Positions 17,456 to 27,208 of a stretch of 64,000 nt of DNA are shown here, in pieces (the stretch's first letter is position 1; each line of letters starts with the position of its first letter). The notes under the pieces were generated by a model. It searched no databases. It was not told the origin of the DNA and saw only the letters and a program-made list of their open reading frames with translations. Source of the stretch: Candidatus Eiseniibacteriota bacterium (GTDB lineage: Bacteria > Eisenbacteria > RBG-16-71-46 > CAIMUX01 > VGJL01); the NCBI GenBank assembly GCA_041946735.1, contig JBHGAY010000019.1, positions 32,001-96,000 on the forward strand. Direction: 5' to 3'. Made by a program: the position numbers and the translations under genes.

Positions 17456-17484
17456 AAGGCCCCGTCCACGAGGGACGGGGCCTT
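17456..17484. terminator. GC-rich hairpin between convergent pepD and pilQ
   Basis: AAGGCCCCGTCC-acgag-GGACGGGGCCTT, a perfect 12-bp stem; U-tails are short. Confidence 0.65.
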
Positions 17485-17583
17485 GCGCCGGGAGGTCACA
17501 ACTCAGGCTGCCATGCGCGCGTCAGGAGCGGCGCGGGAGACCGCCGCTCTGGTCGGCGGCCCCCCGCGTCCGTCAGGTCTTCT

Positions 17584-19677
17584 TTAGCGGTCGCCCGCGT
17601 CCGCCATGTGCCGCACGATCTTCGGAGTGACGAAGATCAAGAGCTCGCGGCGGTCCTTCTGCGTCTCGCTCGTCTTGAACAGGTTGCCGAGGAGCGGGAT
17701 GTCCTTCAGAACCGGGATCCCCTGCTCGAAGACGGTGTCGTTCGTCCGGATCAGCCCGCCGATCACCGCCGTCTGGCCGTCGTCGACCATGACGCGCGTG
17801 TCGGCCTCGGTCGTCGTGAAGACGATCCCGCCCTGCACCGTCGCCTGCGACGAGAGATCGCTCACCTCGGGATGCAGGTCGAGCGTGATCCGCTTCTCGG
17901 AGTTGATGTAGGGGGTCACCTCGAGCGTGATCCCGACCTTCTTCAGCTGCGTGATCGGGTTGCCCGCCTCGTCGAGGACGATGAGCGGGATCTCCTTGCC
18001 GACCAGGATCCGGGCGAGGCGGTTGTTCACCGTCGTGATGCTCGGGTTCGAGATGATGTTCGCCTTGTTCGTCCGCTCGAGGGCCTGGATCGTCGCGTCG
18101 ATGTTGCCCCAGTCGCGGACGACGCCGATCTTCATCTCGGCGGCGGCGGAGGTTAGCGGAGTGCTGTGCGTGATCCCGCCCGAGATCCGCTCGGAGTTCG
18201 AGTGGAGGTTCTGGATCGACCATTCGATCCCGAACTGGCGCGACGCGGTCGCGTCGACGTCGACCAGCTTCGCCACGATCTCGACCTGGAGCGTCTCGCT
18301 GTCGAGCTGGTCGATCGTCTGGCGGATCTGGTCGATCCGCTCCGTGATGTCGGTCACGAGGATCGAGTTCGTCCTCGAGTCGACCTCGGCGCTCCCCCTC
18401 TTGCTCAGCAGGAACGAAACCGCCTGGCGCAGTTCGGTCGCGTTCGCGTACTGGATCGGGAAGATCGCCGTGTCGAGCGGCAGGAACTCCTCCTTCTTCC
18501 GGTCCGCCGACTGCTGGTCCAGCTCCTCGTTGAGGTAGGTCTCGTGCGTCGTGACGCGGATGACGTCCCCCCGCTCCATCGAGCGCAGTCCCGCCGCCTC
18601 GTTGACGATGTCGAGCGCGCGGCGCCACGGCACCGACACGAGCCGGACGCTGATCGGTCCGGAGATCTCGCGGTCGGGGACGATGTTCACGCCGCTGAAC
18701 TCGGAGATCGAGCGCAGGACGGTCCGGATGTCGGCCCCCTGCACGTCCAAGTTCATCGGCTTGCCGCCGCCGGCCGGGTTGGTGACGCTCGATGCGGGCG
18801 GCTCCTCGCGGACCGCGGGGAATCCTTCCGTGCGCTGGGCGAGCTGCGGGAGGCCGGGACCCGGCTCTCCCGTTCGCTTCGCGGGCGGCGGAACGGCTTC
18901 GGCGAGCTGCGAGTCGCGCGCCGTCTTCGGCGCGACCTCCCGCCATCCGAAGGGCCGTTGCTTCCCGTGCTGGACGAACTGCGCGAGACGGCCGGGCGCT
19001 CCGGCCGAGCCGGCGACCACGCGAGCGGCGGGGGCGGACTTCGCCGCGCCGCTCTTGGCCACGGTCGGATCGGCGGCGCCGAGCGGAGGCGCGGCGTCCA
19101 GGGGTGGCCGGCTTGCCGCCGCCCGCGGCGCGCCCGTGGCCGTCACATCCGCCGTCGCTCCCGCCTGGTTCTCCGAGAAGTCAGGCGGCGTCCAAGTCCC
19201 GTCGGGCGGGGCCGTCGCGGCGGACGCCCGCGTTGCGCTCGCCGGGGTGGCCGGCAGATCCGATTCGCGGACGCAGAGGCGCAGATGCTCGCCGTCGGCC
19301 ATCACGCTGTACTGCGCGCGGCCCTTCGTCTCGAGCACGTAGCGCCACGCGGGACGGGAGGGATCTTCCTCCCAGCGGGACGAGCGCATCGCGACGAGCC
19401 ATCCGGCGGCGTCCTGCCCTGCGATCTCCGGCTTGCCGGTGACCGAGGCCTCGAGCACGTCGAGGACGATGCGATCCGGTCCGGTGAGCTGGAAGACCTC
19501 GTAGCGGATCGTCCCGTTCGCCGTGAGATCGAGGGTCGCCTGCCCGGCTCCCTTCTCGAGCCGGACCTGCTCGAGCGAGTATCCCGCCCAGACGGGCGAA
19601 GCGACCGCCGCCGCGAGGATCGCGGCGAGGAAGATCCGCCCGAGGAGGCTATCGGTTCCGCGAACGTGCATGGTCAT
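17584..19677 (-). CDS. pilQ: Type IV pilus secretin
   Basis: Signal peptide, AMIN-like N-terminus, STN/N domains, secretin C-domain (GQTAVIGGL...IPLLGNLF...RRELLIFVTPKI). Confidence 0.95.
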   Translation of the reverse strand: MTMHVRGTDSLLGRIFLAAILAAAVASPVWAGYSLEQVRLEKGAGQATLDLTANGTIRYEVFQLTGPDRIVLDVLEASVTGKPEIAGQDAAGWLVAMRSSRWEEDPSRPAWRYVLETKGRAQYSVMADGEHLRLCVRESDLPATPASATRASAATAPPDGTWTPPDFSENQAGATADVTATGAPRAAASRPPLDAAPPLGAADPTVAKSGAAKSAPAARVVAGSAGAPGRLAQFVQHGKQRPFGWREVAPKTARDSQLAEAVPPPAKRTGEPGPGLPQLAQRTEGFPAVREEPPASSVTNPAGGGKPMNLDVQGADIRTVLRSISEFSGVNIVPDREISGPISVRLVSVPWRRALDIVNEAAGLRSMERGDVIRVTTHETYLNEELDQQSADRKKEEFLPLDTAIFPIQYANATELRQAVSFLLSKRGSAEVDSRTNSILVTDITERIDQIRQTIDQLDSETLQVEIVAKLVDVDATASRQFGIEWSIQNLHSNSERISGGITHSTPLTSAAAEMKIGVVRDWGNIDATIQALERTNKANIISNPSITTVNNRLARILVGKEIPLIVLDEAGNPITQLKKVGITLEVTPYINSEKRITLDLHPEVSDLSSQATVQGGIVFTTTEADTRVMVDDGQTAVIGGLIRTNDTVFEQGIPVLKDIPLLGNLFKTSETQKDRRELLIFVTPKIVRHMADAGDR

Positions 19678-20335
19678 CCCCCCTCTGCTCCAGCGGCAGC
19701 GAGACGTTGCGCGAGGTGCCGTATTCGGTCACGTGGATCACCACCCGGTTCGGAAGGATCTCGATCACGGTTCCGTCCCCGACCGGATCCCCTTCCCGGA
19801 GGATCATGCTCTTCTCGTCGTCGGTCTCGATCAGCGCGAAGCGGTCCTTTTCGGCCCAAAGGATTCCGACGACGTGCAGCTGCGAGCTGACCGGAGCCGA
19901 CGGGGGGTTGTCCTCCCGGTACTGCTCCGATACGAGGCTCACGAAGATGTCGCGGCGTCCGAGCCCCTGGTAGTAGTACGGCTCGGGCGAGAGGAGCAGG
20001 CCGTCCAGCTCCGCGTCGAACGGGATCGTCTCGTCGGTGGACGGCGCGGCGGGCGCGTCCGCCGAGACCCCCGTCGAGGGCGCCGGCGAACCGGTCTGCC
20101 CGACCTGCCCTGCCGCGGGCCTGCCGGTCTGCGCCGGGACGGGCGTCTCCGGCGCGCCACCCGGCTCCGCGGCGGGCGCCGGAATCTCCGCGACCTTGTT
20201 GGCGGCCGCGCGCAAGGCGTCGCCCGGCGTCCCCTCCCCGCTTCCGGCCGCCGTCACGGCGCACGGAAGCGCGAGGAGCGCCGCGGCGCAGAGGAGCGCG
20301 AGCCCGCCGATTCCACGGTTCGACTCACTCCCCAT
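19649..20335 (-). CDS. pilP: PilP-like pilus assembly protein
   Basis: Lies between pilO and pilQ; RRDIF (RDPF-like) and LHVVGILW...ALIE...GDPVGDGTVIEI. Confidence 0.75.
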   Translation of the reverse strand: MGSESNRGIGGLALLCAAALLALPCAVTAAGSGEGTPGDALRAAANKVAEIPAPAAEPGGAPETPVPAQTGRPAAGQVGQTGSPAPSTGVSADAPAAPSTDETIPFDAELDGLLLSPEPYYYQGLGRRDIFVSLVSEQYREDNPPSAPVSSQLHVVGILWAEKDRFALIETDDEKSMILREGDPVGDGTVIEILPNRVVIHVTEYGTSRNVSLPLEQRGDDHARSRNR

Positions 20336-21056
20336 GATCCGTCCCTCCCGTCTGCTTCTTCGCGAGCTTCTTCGTCAGGTCCTTCGCCTTGCCGACCGCC
20401 TGCGCGGCCGTCCCGCCTTTCGCCCCCTTGCCCGCCTTGCCGTCCTTCCCCGCCGCGAGCGCGTCGCTCTCCTGTTCCGGCGGCACGCCGGTCCCGCCGA
20501 GCGTGTAGGTCTTGGCGATGAACGAGGCCTTCGCCGGCGGGCCGTCCGGGCTGCGCGTGTCCTCGAGAGTCAAGCCGCTCACGACCAGGATCCGCTCGAG
20601 GTTCGCGATCTCCCCGAGGAAGGTCCCGATCTCGTGGTAGCCCCCCTCCACCTGCACCTCGACCGGATGCTCCGTGTAGTACTGCGCCGCCTGCTCCGGG
20701 AGCGGACGGAAGAGGACGAAGTCGATCCCCGACTGGTCCCCCAGCAACGTCACCGCGCGCAGCAGGGAGGCCATCTCCTGCTCGTCGGGCAGGAGCGCCT
20801 CCGCGGAGAGCCACTTGCGGTGCAGCAGCTCGTACTCCTGCTCGAGGTAGGCCATGGAGTGGACCGTCTGGCGCGCCTTCGTGAGATCGCTCGAGAGCTG
20901 TGTGTAGCGCCCGTTCAGCTCGCCGATCTGCGCGGCGCTCGCCTTGTAGGTGAACGGGAAGAGGCTCGTCAGGAAGTAGACGTAGAGGACGGCGAGACCG
21001 AGGATCGTCGCCAGGGCCGCCTTCTGCGTCTTCGGATCGTTGAGCTGGATCGCCAT
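20325..21056 (-). CDS. pilO: Type IV pilus assembly protein PilO
   Basis: N-terminal TM, coiled coil, LPDEQEMASLL, GGYHEIGTFL...LERI. Confidence 0.9.
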   Translation of the reverse strand: MAIQLNDPKTQKAALATILGLAVLYVYFLTSLFPFTYKASAAQIGELNGRYTQLSSDLTKARQTVHSMAYLEQEYELLHRKWLSAEALLPDEQEMASLLRAVTLLGDQSGIDFVLFRPLPEQAAQYYTEHPVEVQVEGGYHEIGTFLGEIANLERILVVSGLTLEDTRSPDGPPAKASFIAKTYTLGGTGVPPEQESDALAAGKDGKAGKGAKGGTAAQAVGKAKDLTKKLAKKQTGGTDHGE

Positions 21057-21077
21057 CGTGTTCTTCCTCCCGCCCGG

Positions 21078-21641
21078 CTACGGCTTCACCCGCGTGGACA
21101 GGGTGAACTGGACGACCTCGACGTCTCCGAGCTTCTCCCGCTCGGCCACCATCAGCGAGACGTTCTCGAAGATGTCCGCCTCCTCCATGCGCATCATCAG
21201 CTCGGCGACCAGGAGGTTGGAGAACGTCCTGCCTTCCAGCTCGAGCTGCCCCATCGTCGTGTTGCGGTAGTTCGTGAACCACAGGTAGTCGGGGGTGCAA
21301 TCGGCCAGCTCGTCCATCACCTGGACCGGCAGGTAGCGGTCGCGCGAGAGCGACTGCACCGTGATGAGCCGCTCGTTCACCTGGTCGCGCTCCGTCATCA
21401 GCTGCTGGATCTTCTGGATCTGCGGCTGGAGCCGGCGCGACTCCGCCTCCGCCCTCGCGATGTCCGACTTCAGGCTCGCGATCTTCATCTGCTGCATCGC
21501 GCCGATGCCGGCGAGCGGAAGGAGGACGGCGATCGAGAGCGCGAGCGGGAGCCAGAAGCCGCGCTTGGGGAGACTCAGGGAGAGGCCGGGGCGCGAAGCC
21601 TCCTGCCTCTCCTCCACCGGGAGCAGGTTGACGCGGATCAC
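21078..21641 (-). CDS. pilN: Type IV pilus assembly protein PilN
   Basis: MIRVNLLP motif followed by a TM segment and coiled coil. Confidence 0.92.
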   Translation of the reverse strand: MIRVNLLPVEERQEASRPGLSLSLPKRGFWLPLALSIAVLLPLAGIGAMQQMKIASLKSDIARAEAESRRLQPQIQKIQQLMTERDQVNERLITVQSLSRDRYLPVQVMDELADCTPDYLWFTNYRNTTMGQLELEGRTFSNLLVAELMMRMEEADIFENVSLMVAEREKLGDVEVVQFTLSTRVKP

Positions 21642-22687
21642 CGCTGCCTCGCCTTCCGCAGCGCGAGCCCGATCCCCACCGTGAGCTGCGGGGCGACCGC
21701 GCGCGCTTCATCGGAGCCGAACAGCTCCGGCGCGTAGGTGATCTTGCGAAGCGGGTCGACGAGATCGACCGGGACCTTCTGCCGCTCCGCGAGCGCTTGC
21801 GCGAGGCCTTGCAGCCGCGCGCCGCCGCCGGAGAGCAGGATCCGGTCGATCCTCTCCGCCTCGCCGCTGGAGCGCAGCGTCGCGAGGCTCCGCTCGATTC
21901 CCATGCCGAGCTCGTCGCCGAAGGAGCGCACGATCGGCTCGAGGTCGAACGGCGCGCTCGATCCCTCGTACGTCCGGCACGCGTGGACCGCCTCTTCGCG
22001 GCTCACCTGATAGCGCTTCTGGACCGTCTCGAGGAAGCTGTCGCCGCCGACCGAGAGATCCTGCGTGTAGAGCGGGACGCCGCCGCGGACGATGTTGACG
22101 TTCGTCAGCTCGGCGCCGATGTTCACCAGCGCGACGATCTCCTCGCGGACGAAATCGTAGTTGCGCTCCGCGGCGTTCTGGACCGCGAAGGAGTTGATGT
22201 CGATCACCGACGGGATCAGTCCCGCTTCGCGGATCAGGTCCGCCTGCATCGAGACCAGATCCTTCTTCGCAGCGACCAGGAGCACCTGCATCTGCTTGGG
22301 TCCGACATCGAGGTCGAGGATCTCGAAGTCGAGGGAGACGTCGTGGACGTCGTACGGGACGTGCTGCTCGGCTTCCCAATGGATCGCCTCGCGCGCGTCC
22401 TTCGGGTCGAGACGATCCATCGTGATCTTCTTGACGATCACGCCGCGTCCCGCGATCCCGGTCGTCACACGCTTCTGCCGGATTCCCGCCTTCTCGAAGA
22501 GGTTCTGGATCGCCTCGATGACGAGTTGGCGATCCATGATCTCCCCGTCGACGATCGCCTCCGGGACGAGGTCGACGACGCCGTAGTGCACGAGCCGCGT
22601 CGTCTCACCGCGCGTCTCCAGCTCGACGGCTTTGATGGTGCTGGAACCGATGTCGAGACCCACCGTCGTCTTGCCTTTGCCGAACAC
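21638..22687 (-). CDS. pilM: Type IV pilus assembly protein PilM
   Basis: Actin-like VGLDIGSSTIK, VNIGA, LSGGGA and GLALR motifs. Confidence 0.95.
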   Translation of the reverse strand: MFGKGKTTVGLDIGSSTIKAVELETRGETTRLVHYGVVDLVPEAIVDGEIMDRQLVIEAIQNLFEKAGIRQKRVTTGIAGRGVIVKKITMDRLDPKDAREAIHWEAEQHVPYDVHDVSLDFEILDLDVGPKQMQVLLVAAKKDLVSMQADLIREAGLIPSVIDINSFAVQNAAERNYDFVREEIVALVNIGAELTNVNIVRGGVPLYTQDLSVGGDSFLETVQKRYQVSREEAVHACRTYEGSSAPFDLEPIVRSFGDELGMGIERSLATLRSSGEAERIDRILLSGGGARLQGLAQALAERQKVPVDLVDPLRKITYAPELFGSDEARAVAPQLTVGIGLALRKARQR

Positions 22688-22765
22688 TCCAGACCTCCGG
22701 CTTCGTGTAGGAAAGCGGACGCGTGGGCTGGTTTCCCCAACGGGGAAGACCCTGCCGCAATCCCT

Positions 22766-22793
22766 ATATCGGTCGAGCGGGCTGGGATGTTTA
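22766..22793 (-). promoter_or_regulatory. Sigma28/SigD-like promoter upstream of pilM
   Basis: TAAA-N16-ACCGATAT on the minus strand; the TAA is also the pilD stop codon. Confidence 0.5.
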
Positions 22794-23603
22794 CCGACTT
22801 CCCGGGGTGAACGGCGCGAAGAGGCCCAGGTACCAGGTGAGCGCTCGGGAGCCGGCGAGAAGCACGACCGCCGCGGCCGGGGCCAGGAACGTTCCGTACG
22901 GAAGCGCGGTCCGGCCGTCCGCCCGCCGGGCGAAAAGCAATGCGATTGCGAAGAGCGAGCCGAGGAGCGAGCCGAGGAAGATCGCCATCAGCACGCCCTT
23001 CCAGCCCAGGAAGGCGCCGAGCATCCCGGCGAGCTTCACGTCCCCCATCCCCATTCCGGCGGCGCCACGGATCGCCCGGTAGGCCGCGGCGACGGCCAGG
23101 AGGGCGCCCGCGCCGGCGGCGACGCCGATCGCGCCGTCGAGGCGAGAGACCCCCATCCAGGGGCAGAGCAGCAGGCCGGCGGCGACGCCGGGCAGGCTGA
23201 TCTCGTCGGGGATGATCCGATGATCGAGATCGATCCAGGTGATGACGAGGAGCGCGAGCAGAAACGCGGCGCGGATCGCCGCCTCGGCCGGTCCCGGCGC
23301 GCTCGCCGCGGCGACGAGGACGGCCACCGCCCCGGCGATCTCCACGGCGGGATAGCGAAGCGGGATCGGCGCCCTGCAGCGGCGGCAGCGCCCGCGAAGG
23401 AGCAGGTAGCTCGCGACCGGGACGTTGTCGTAGGGGGCGATTCGGCTCTCGCAGCGCGGACAGCGCGACCGCGGGCGCACGAGCGAGAGGCCGAGCGGGA
23501 GCCGGTGGATCACGACGTTCGCGAAGCTGCCGAGGCAGAGGCCCAGGATCGCGAGCAGCGGCCAGACGCCCGGCAGGCCGTCGGTCCAGTGCGGGGCGCT
23601 CAT
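22791..23603 (-). CDS. pilD: Prepilin peptidase / N-methyltransferase
   Basis: GSFANVVIHRLP, CPRC...CRRC, IDLDHRIIPD, GMGMGDVKL, PYGTFL. Confidence 0.95.
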   Translation of the reverse strand: MSAPHWTDGLPGVWPLLAILGLCLGSFANVVIHRLPLGLSLVRPRSRCPRCESRIAPYDNVPVASYLLLRGRCRRCRAPIPLRYPAVEIAGAVAVLVAAASAPGPAEAAIRAAFLLALLVITWIDLDHRIIPDEISLPGVAAGLLLCPWMGVSRLDGAIGVAAGAGALLAVAAAYRAIRGAAGMGMGDVKLAGMLGAFLGWKGVLMAIFLGSLLGSLFAIALLFARRADGRTALPYGTFLAPAAAVVLLAGSRALTWYLGLFAPFTPGSR

Positions 23604-24409
23604 CGCGCCTCGCGCACGGGCCGCGCCTCGCGGGCAGGTCGCGCGTCGCCCGCAGGCAGCGCCTCGCGCGCAGGTCGCGCGCCGCCCGCGGCTCCGGCCG
23701 CCGGCTCCGGGCCCGCCTCTTCCAGCTCCTGGAGACGGCGCCGCGCCACCTCGCGGAGGCTCTCGTCCTCACCCACGGCGATCTCCTGCCAGAGGCGGAC
23801 GGCCAGCTCGCGGCGGCCGACCTTCGCGAACGCGTGGGCCGCCATCCGTGCGGCATAAGGGGCGGCGCCGGGACGGCGCGAGGCGCGCTCCATCTCGATC
23901 GCGCCGGTCTCGAGATCGCCCCGCAGGTACTCGAGGAAGCCGTGATGGAACGGGATCTGCCAGTCGAGCGGATTCTCGCGGGCTCCGCGCGCGAAGAGAG
24001 CGCGCGCCGCCGGCAGGCTCGCCGCGTCGTCGCCGAGCACGAGGCCGCCGAAGATGTAGGCGTTGCGGAAGCGCGGATCGAGGTCGGTCGTGACGCGGAA
24101 GAGGTGCTCGGCAAGCGGGTAGCGGCGATCTCCCAGCCGGTGGCGACCGTAGTACTGGATCGACTCGAGCCACGCGAGATCCGCGGCGAGCGTGCGATGG
24201 CCGAGCGAGAGGATTCCGAGGAGCCGGCCCGACGGGAAGAGCGCCATCTCCTCGCTCGCGCCGGCGGCGGCGCAAGCGCGCGATCGAGCGGCATCGAGGC
24301 GAGGCGCGAGGAGTCCCGCGGCCGCGACGGCGAGGATGCCGAGCACGAGCGCGGGAAGCGGCGCGTGAAAGCCCCGCAGCAGACCTCGTGCGCTTCGGCG
24401 CACCTTCAT
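23600..24409 (-). CDS. PilG/XapA-like membrane-anchored TPR-type pilus accessory protein
   Basis: N-terminal TM; ADLAWLESIQYYG...TDLDPRF...AY; coupled (ATGA overlaps) to the ABC permease and pilD. Confidence 0.7.
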   Translation of the reverse strand: MKVRRSARGLLRGFHAPLPALVLGILAVAAAGLLAPRLDAARSRACAAAGASEEMALFPSGRLLGILSLGHRTLAADLAWLESIQYYGRHRLGDRRYPLAEHLFRVTTDLDPRFRNAYIFGGLVLGDDAASLPAARALFARGARENPLDWQIPFHHGFLEYLRGDLETGAIEMERASRRPGAAPYAARMAAHAFAKVGRRELAVRLWQEIAVGEDESLREVARRRLQELEEAGPEPAAGAAGGARPAREALPAGDARPAREARPVREAR

Positions 24410-25209
24410 CCGACCAGCGAGCGGCGCGCGAACGCCACGCGCGCGAGGAGCAGCGCGCCCGTGGCGTAGAGCGCAGCGTAGCAGACCGAGAAGAGCCACT
24501 GCTCCGGCGCGATCCGGCCGCCGTGCACGACGGCCGGCGCCGCCTGGAAGAGATCGAAGCGCGGGACGATCCAGAGAAGCGCGCGGGAGAGCGCGCCGGC
24601 GCCCCCCTGCGGGAAGAGTTGGCCGAGCTGCGTCAGGCTGCCGGCTGCGTTACCGATCAGGAACGCGCCGGCGACGAACAGCCCGGCCAGGATCGGGGAG
24701 GCGAGCGCGGCGAAGAGGATCGCCAGGGCCGCGAGCACCCAGAGCTCGAGCAGGACGAGGGCGATCGCGCCGGCGAAGACGGCGCCCACCTCATAACCGG
24801 AGAGAACGAGGACCAGGAACAGGACGATTCCCATCCCGGCGACGGCGCCGGCGAGGACGGCGGCCAGGCCGAGGAACTTGCCCGTCACGAACGATCCGCG
24901 CCCGAGCGGGCGGCTGAAGAGAAACGCCGCCGATCCGCGCTCCAGCTCGCGGTAGACGAGGGAATGTCCGACGAAGACGATCAGGAGCAGCCCGAAGAGC
25001 GAGAGTCCGGCGAGGCCGATGTCGATCGTGACGCGGCGTCCCTCGCCGAGCGCGAGGGGCGCCAGGACGCGCGAGGCGGCGCAGGCGAAGAGCGCGAAGC
25101 CGGCGAGCAGGTAGAGGACCTTCTCGCGGACCGCCTCGAGGACCGTGTTGCGCGCGATCGCGAGAGTCGCTTCCGGCAGATCGAACGCGAACCTTCCTTG
25201 CGCCGCCAT
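24406..25209 (-). CDS. ABC-2 type permease (PilI-like)
   Basis: IARNTVLEAVREK...SRPLGRGSFVTGKFLG...FARR; six TM segments. Confidence 0.85.
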   Translation of the reverse strand: MAAQGRFAFDLPEATLAIARNTVLEAVREKVLYLLAGFALFACAASRVLAPLALGEGRRVTIDIGLAGLSLFGLLLIVFVGHSLVYRELERGSAAFLFSRPLGRGSFVTGKFLGLAAVLAGAVAGMGIVLFLVLVLSGYEVGAVFAGAIALVLLELWVLAALAILFAALASPILAGLFVAGAFLIGNAAGSLTQLGQLFPQGGAGALSRALLWIVPRFDLFQAAPAVVHGGRIAPEQWLFSVCYAALYATGALLLARVAFARRSLVG

Positions 25210-25210
25210 C

Positions 25211-26224
25211 TCAGCTCCCTTCCGCCGCGCCGCGGCTGGCGGCGGCGGCGGCGGCGCCGGCCCGGTCCGTCGCCTCGCGGCTGCCGGCGTCGGCTTCGCC
25301 GCGGCCCGTCCGGTAGGAGTCGACGAACACCTCCTCGAGCCCGCGGCGCCGGCGCAGCACGGAGCGGACCGTCCCGCCGCGCGCGAGGATGCGCGCGAGG
25401 AGAGCGGAGACCGCGAGCTCCTGATCCGCCTCGACGCGGGCCGTCCAGATTCCCGCCCCTTCGCGCAAGACCACGGGAAGCTCGCGCACGAGCGGGGCGG
25501 GATCGACCGGGAGGCGGAAGACGATCTCGGTGCCGGTCTCGCTCCCCTCGAGCAGCTCTTCCGCCGTCCCCTGGAGGGCAATCGCGCCGTCGCGGAGCAT
25601 CCCGACCCGGTCGGCGAGCGCCTCGACGTCGGGGAGCATGTGGCTCGCGAGGAGGACGGTGCGCCCCTCGTCGCGCCATCCGCGGATCCAGCCCTTCACC
25701 TCGGAGCGCGCAAGCGGATCGAGGCCGCTCATCGGCTCGTCGAGGATCAACAGCTCCGGCTCGTGCACCGCCGCCTGCGCGATCCCGACCCGCTGGAGCT
25801 GCCCCTTGCTGAGCTTCTTCACGGGACGGTGCGCGAGGGCCGCCAGGCCGAAGCGCTCGAGCGCGCGATCGACCGCGCGCGCGCGATCGGCGACGCGCGA
25901 GAGGCGGGCGGCGAGATCGAGCAGCTCGCGGACCGAGAGGAACGGGTAGTAGCACGGAGCCTCGGGCAGGTAGCCGAGGCGCGCGCGCCCGCGCCGGTCG
26001 CCGAGCGGCGCGCCGAGGATCGTCCCGCGCCCCGAGTCGGCCCGCACGAGCCCGAGCAGGATACGGAAGGCGGTCGTTTTGCCCGCGCCGTTGGGGCCGA
26101 CCAGCGCGTACACCTCTCCCGCGGGGACGGCGAGCGACAACCCGCGGAGCGCGGGCACCGCGGGCCGCAGGATCCCCGGGCGATAGGTCTTGCGGATCTC
26201 CTCGAGGACGATCGCCGGTTCCAA
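25211..26224 (-). CDS. ABC transporter ATP-binding protein (PilH-like)
   Basis: GPNGAGKT, LSKGQ, ILDEPMSGLDP; TTG start after GGAGG. Confidence 0.92.
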   Translation of the reverse strand: MEPAIVLEEIRKTYRPGILRPAVPALRGLSLAVPAGEVYALVGPNGAGKTTAFRILLGLVRADSGRGTILGAPLGDRRGRARLGYLPEAPCYYPFLSVRELLDLAARLSRVADRARAVDRALERFGLAALAHRPVKKLSKGQLQRVGIAQAAVHEPELLILDEPMSGLDPLARSEVKGWIRGWRDEGRTVLLASHMLPDVEALADRVGMLRDGAIALQGTAEELLEGSETGTEIVFRLPVDPAPLVRELPVVLREGAGIWTARVEADQELAVSALLARILARGGTVRSVLRRRRGLEEVFVDSYRTGRGEADAGSREATDRAGAAAAAASRGAAEGS

Positions 26225-26516
26225 GGCTCCTCCCTGCTTCGATGGCGGCCGCGGGCGAGACGCTCGCGCGGCCGCGGCTCCTCGCTTCTGTGATCGGCCC
26301 GGGCGGGTTGCGACTTGACGCGGCGAAGGGCGGCGGTGGGGCAAGGCAAGGCAAGGCAGGGCAGGGCGGGACGCGGCGGCATCCGGCGGCGGGACGCGAC
26401 GCAACCTATACGACGAACCGGCCGTCATTCGACGGCCGGCCCGGGGTCCGAACGGCGGCCGGGGCAGGCGCAGGACCTCGCGGGACCCTGCACTCCCGCC
26501 CCGACCCGACGGTTCG

Positions 26517-26909
26517 TTAGTTGGTCGTGTTGCTCAAGGTCAGGATCGGCGTCCCTTCCTTGCCGTTGGCCGTGATCACGTAGCTCGTGAAGTCAGCGGA
26601 AGGCGTCCAGTAGACGACGCCCACGTCGGCGCCGGCCGCGCCGTCGGCGAACGGATCGCCGCCGCCGAACGGGTTGGTGTACTCGAGGTTCAGGACGGCC
26701 GCCACGGTGGCCGGGTAGACGCCGTTCGCCTTGACGCCCTCGTCCTCGCCGTAGAGCTGGCACGCGTGGGCGTTGCCCTTGACGCTTCCCTCGCGGGCGC
26801 GGTCCTGCATGCTGACGTAGTTCGGGATGGCGATCGCCGCGAGGATGCCGATGATCACCACCACGATCATCAGCTCGATCAGGGTGAAGCCTTGCTTGTT
26901 CCGCAACAT
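26517..26909 (-). CDS. pilA: Type IVa major pilin (130-aa precursor)
   Basis: GGAGGTG RBS; MLRNKQG|FTLIELMIVVVIIGILAAIAIPNY. Confidence 0.95.
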   Translation of the reverse strand: MLRNKQGFTLIELMIVVVIIGILAAIAIPNYVSMQDRAREGSVKGNAHACQLYGEDEGVKANGVYPATVAAVLNLEYTNPFGGGDPFADGAAGADVGVVYWTPSADFTSYVITANGKEGTPILTLSNTTN

Positions 26910-27033
26910 GTCACACCTCCGTTGCCGACCAGGTCTCTCTCTCCAGTCGCCCCGATCGAGTCCGGGGCCGGACCGGCTTGGGGTCCGGTCCACCGGGCCT
27001 GCGGCGACTTCGCCGTTGCCGTCTCCAACCATT

Positions 27034-27049
27034 GGCCAGGGTCGTGCCA
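27034..27049 (-). promoter_or_regulatory. Sigma54 (-24/-12) promoter of pilA
   Basis: TGGCACGACCCTGGCC with GG and GC at the canonical spacing; adjacent to pilR. Confidence 0.75.
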
Positions 27050-27208
27050 TCGCCACGTCGCATCGCAACGCGATGGCAGCGCGGCGCTTGCGGCCGGCGT
27101 GCCGCGCGCCCGGCCGCCACGCCTCGTCGTCCTGCATGTTTGGGGTTTGCAGTTCGCAATCCGTCCGACGCCGCGCAACGAGAGCGCGGCGAGGCGACGC
27201 CGGGCTCC

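Noticed and set aside
17402..17460. 19-bp direct repeat GCCGCCC(T/A)ACGACGAAGGC after pepD as an att site or target duplication
   Set aside because: Only 21 bp lie between the copies and there is no mobile gene; it is probably a local duplication next to the terminator.
26517..26909. Electrically conductive (e-)pilin
   Set aside because: It lacks aromatic residues at the Geobacter-type positions 27, 32 and 50/51, and no cytochrome genes are in the window.
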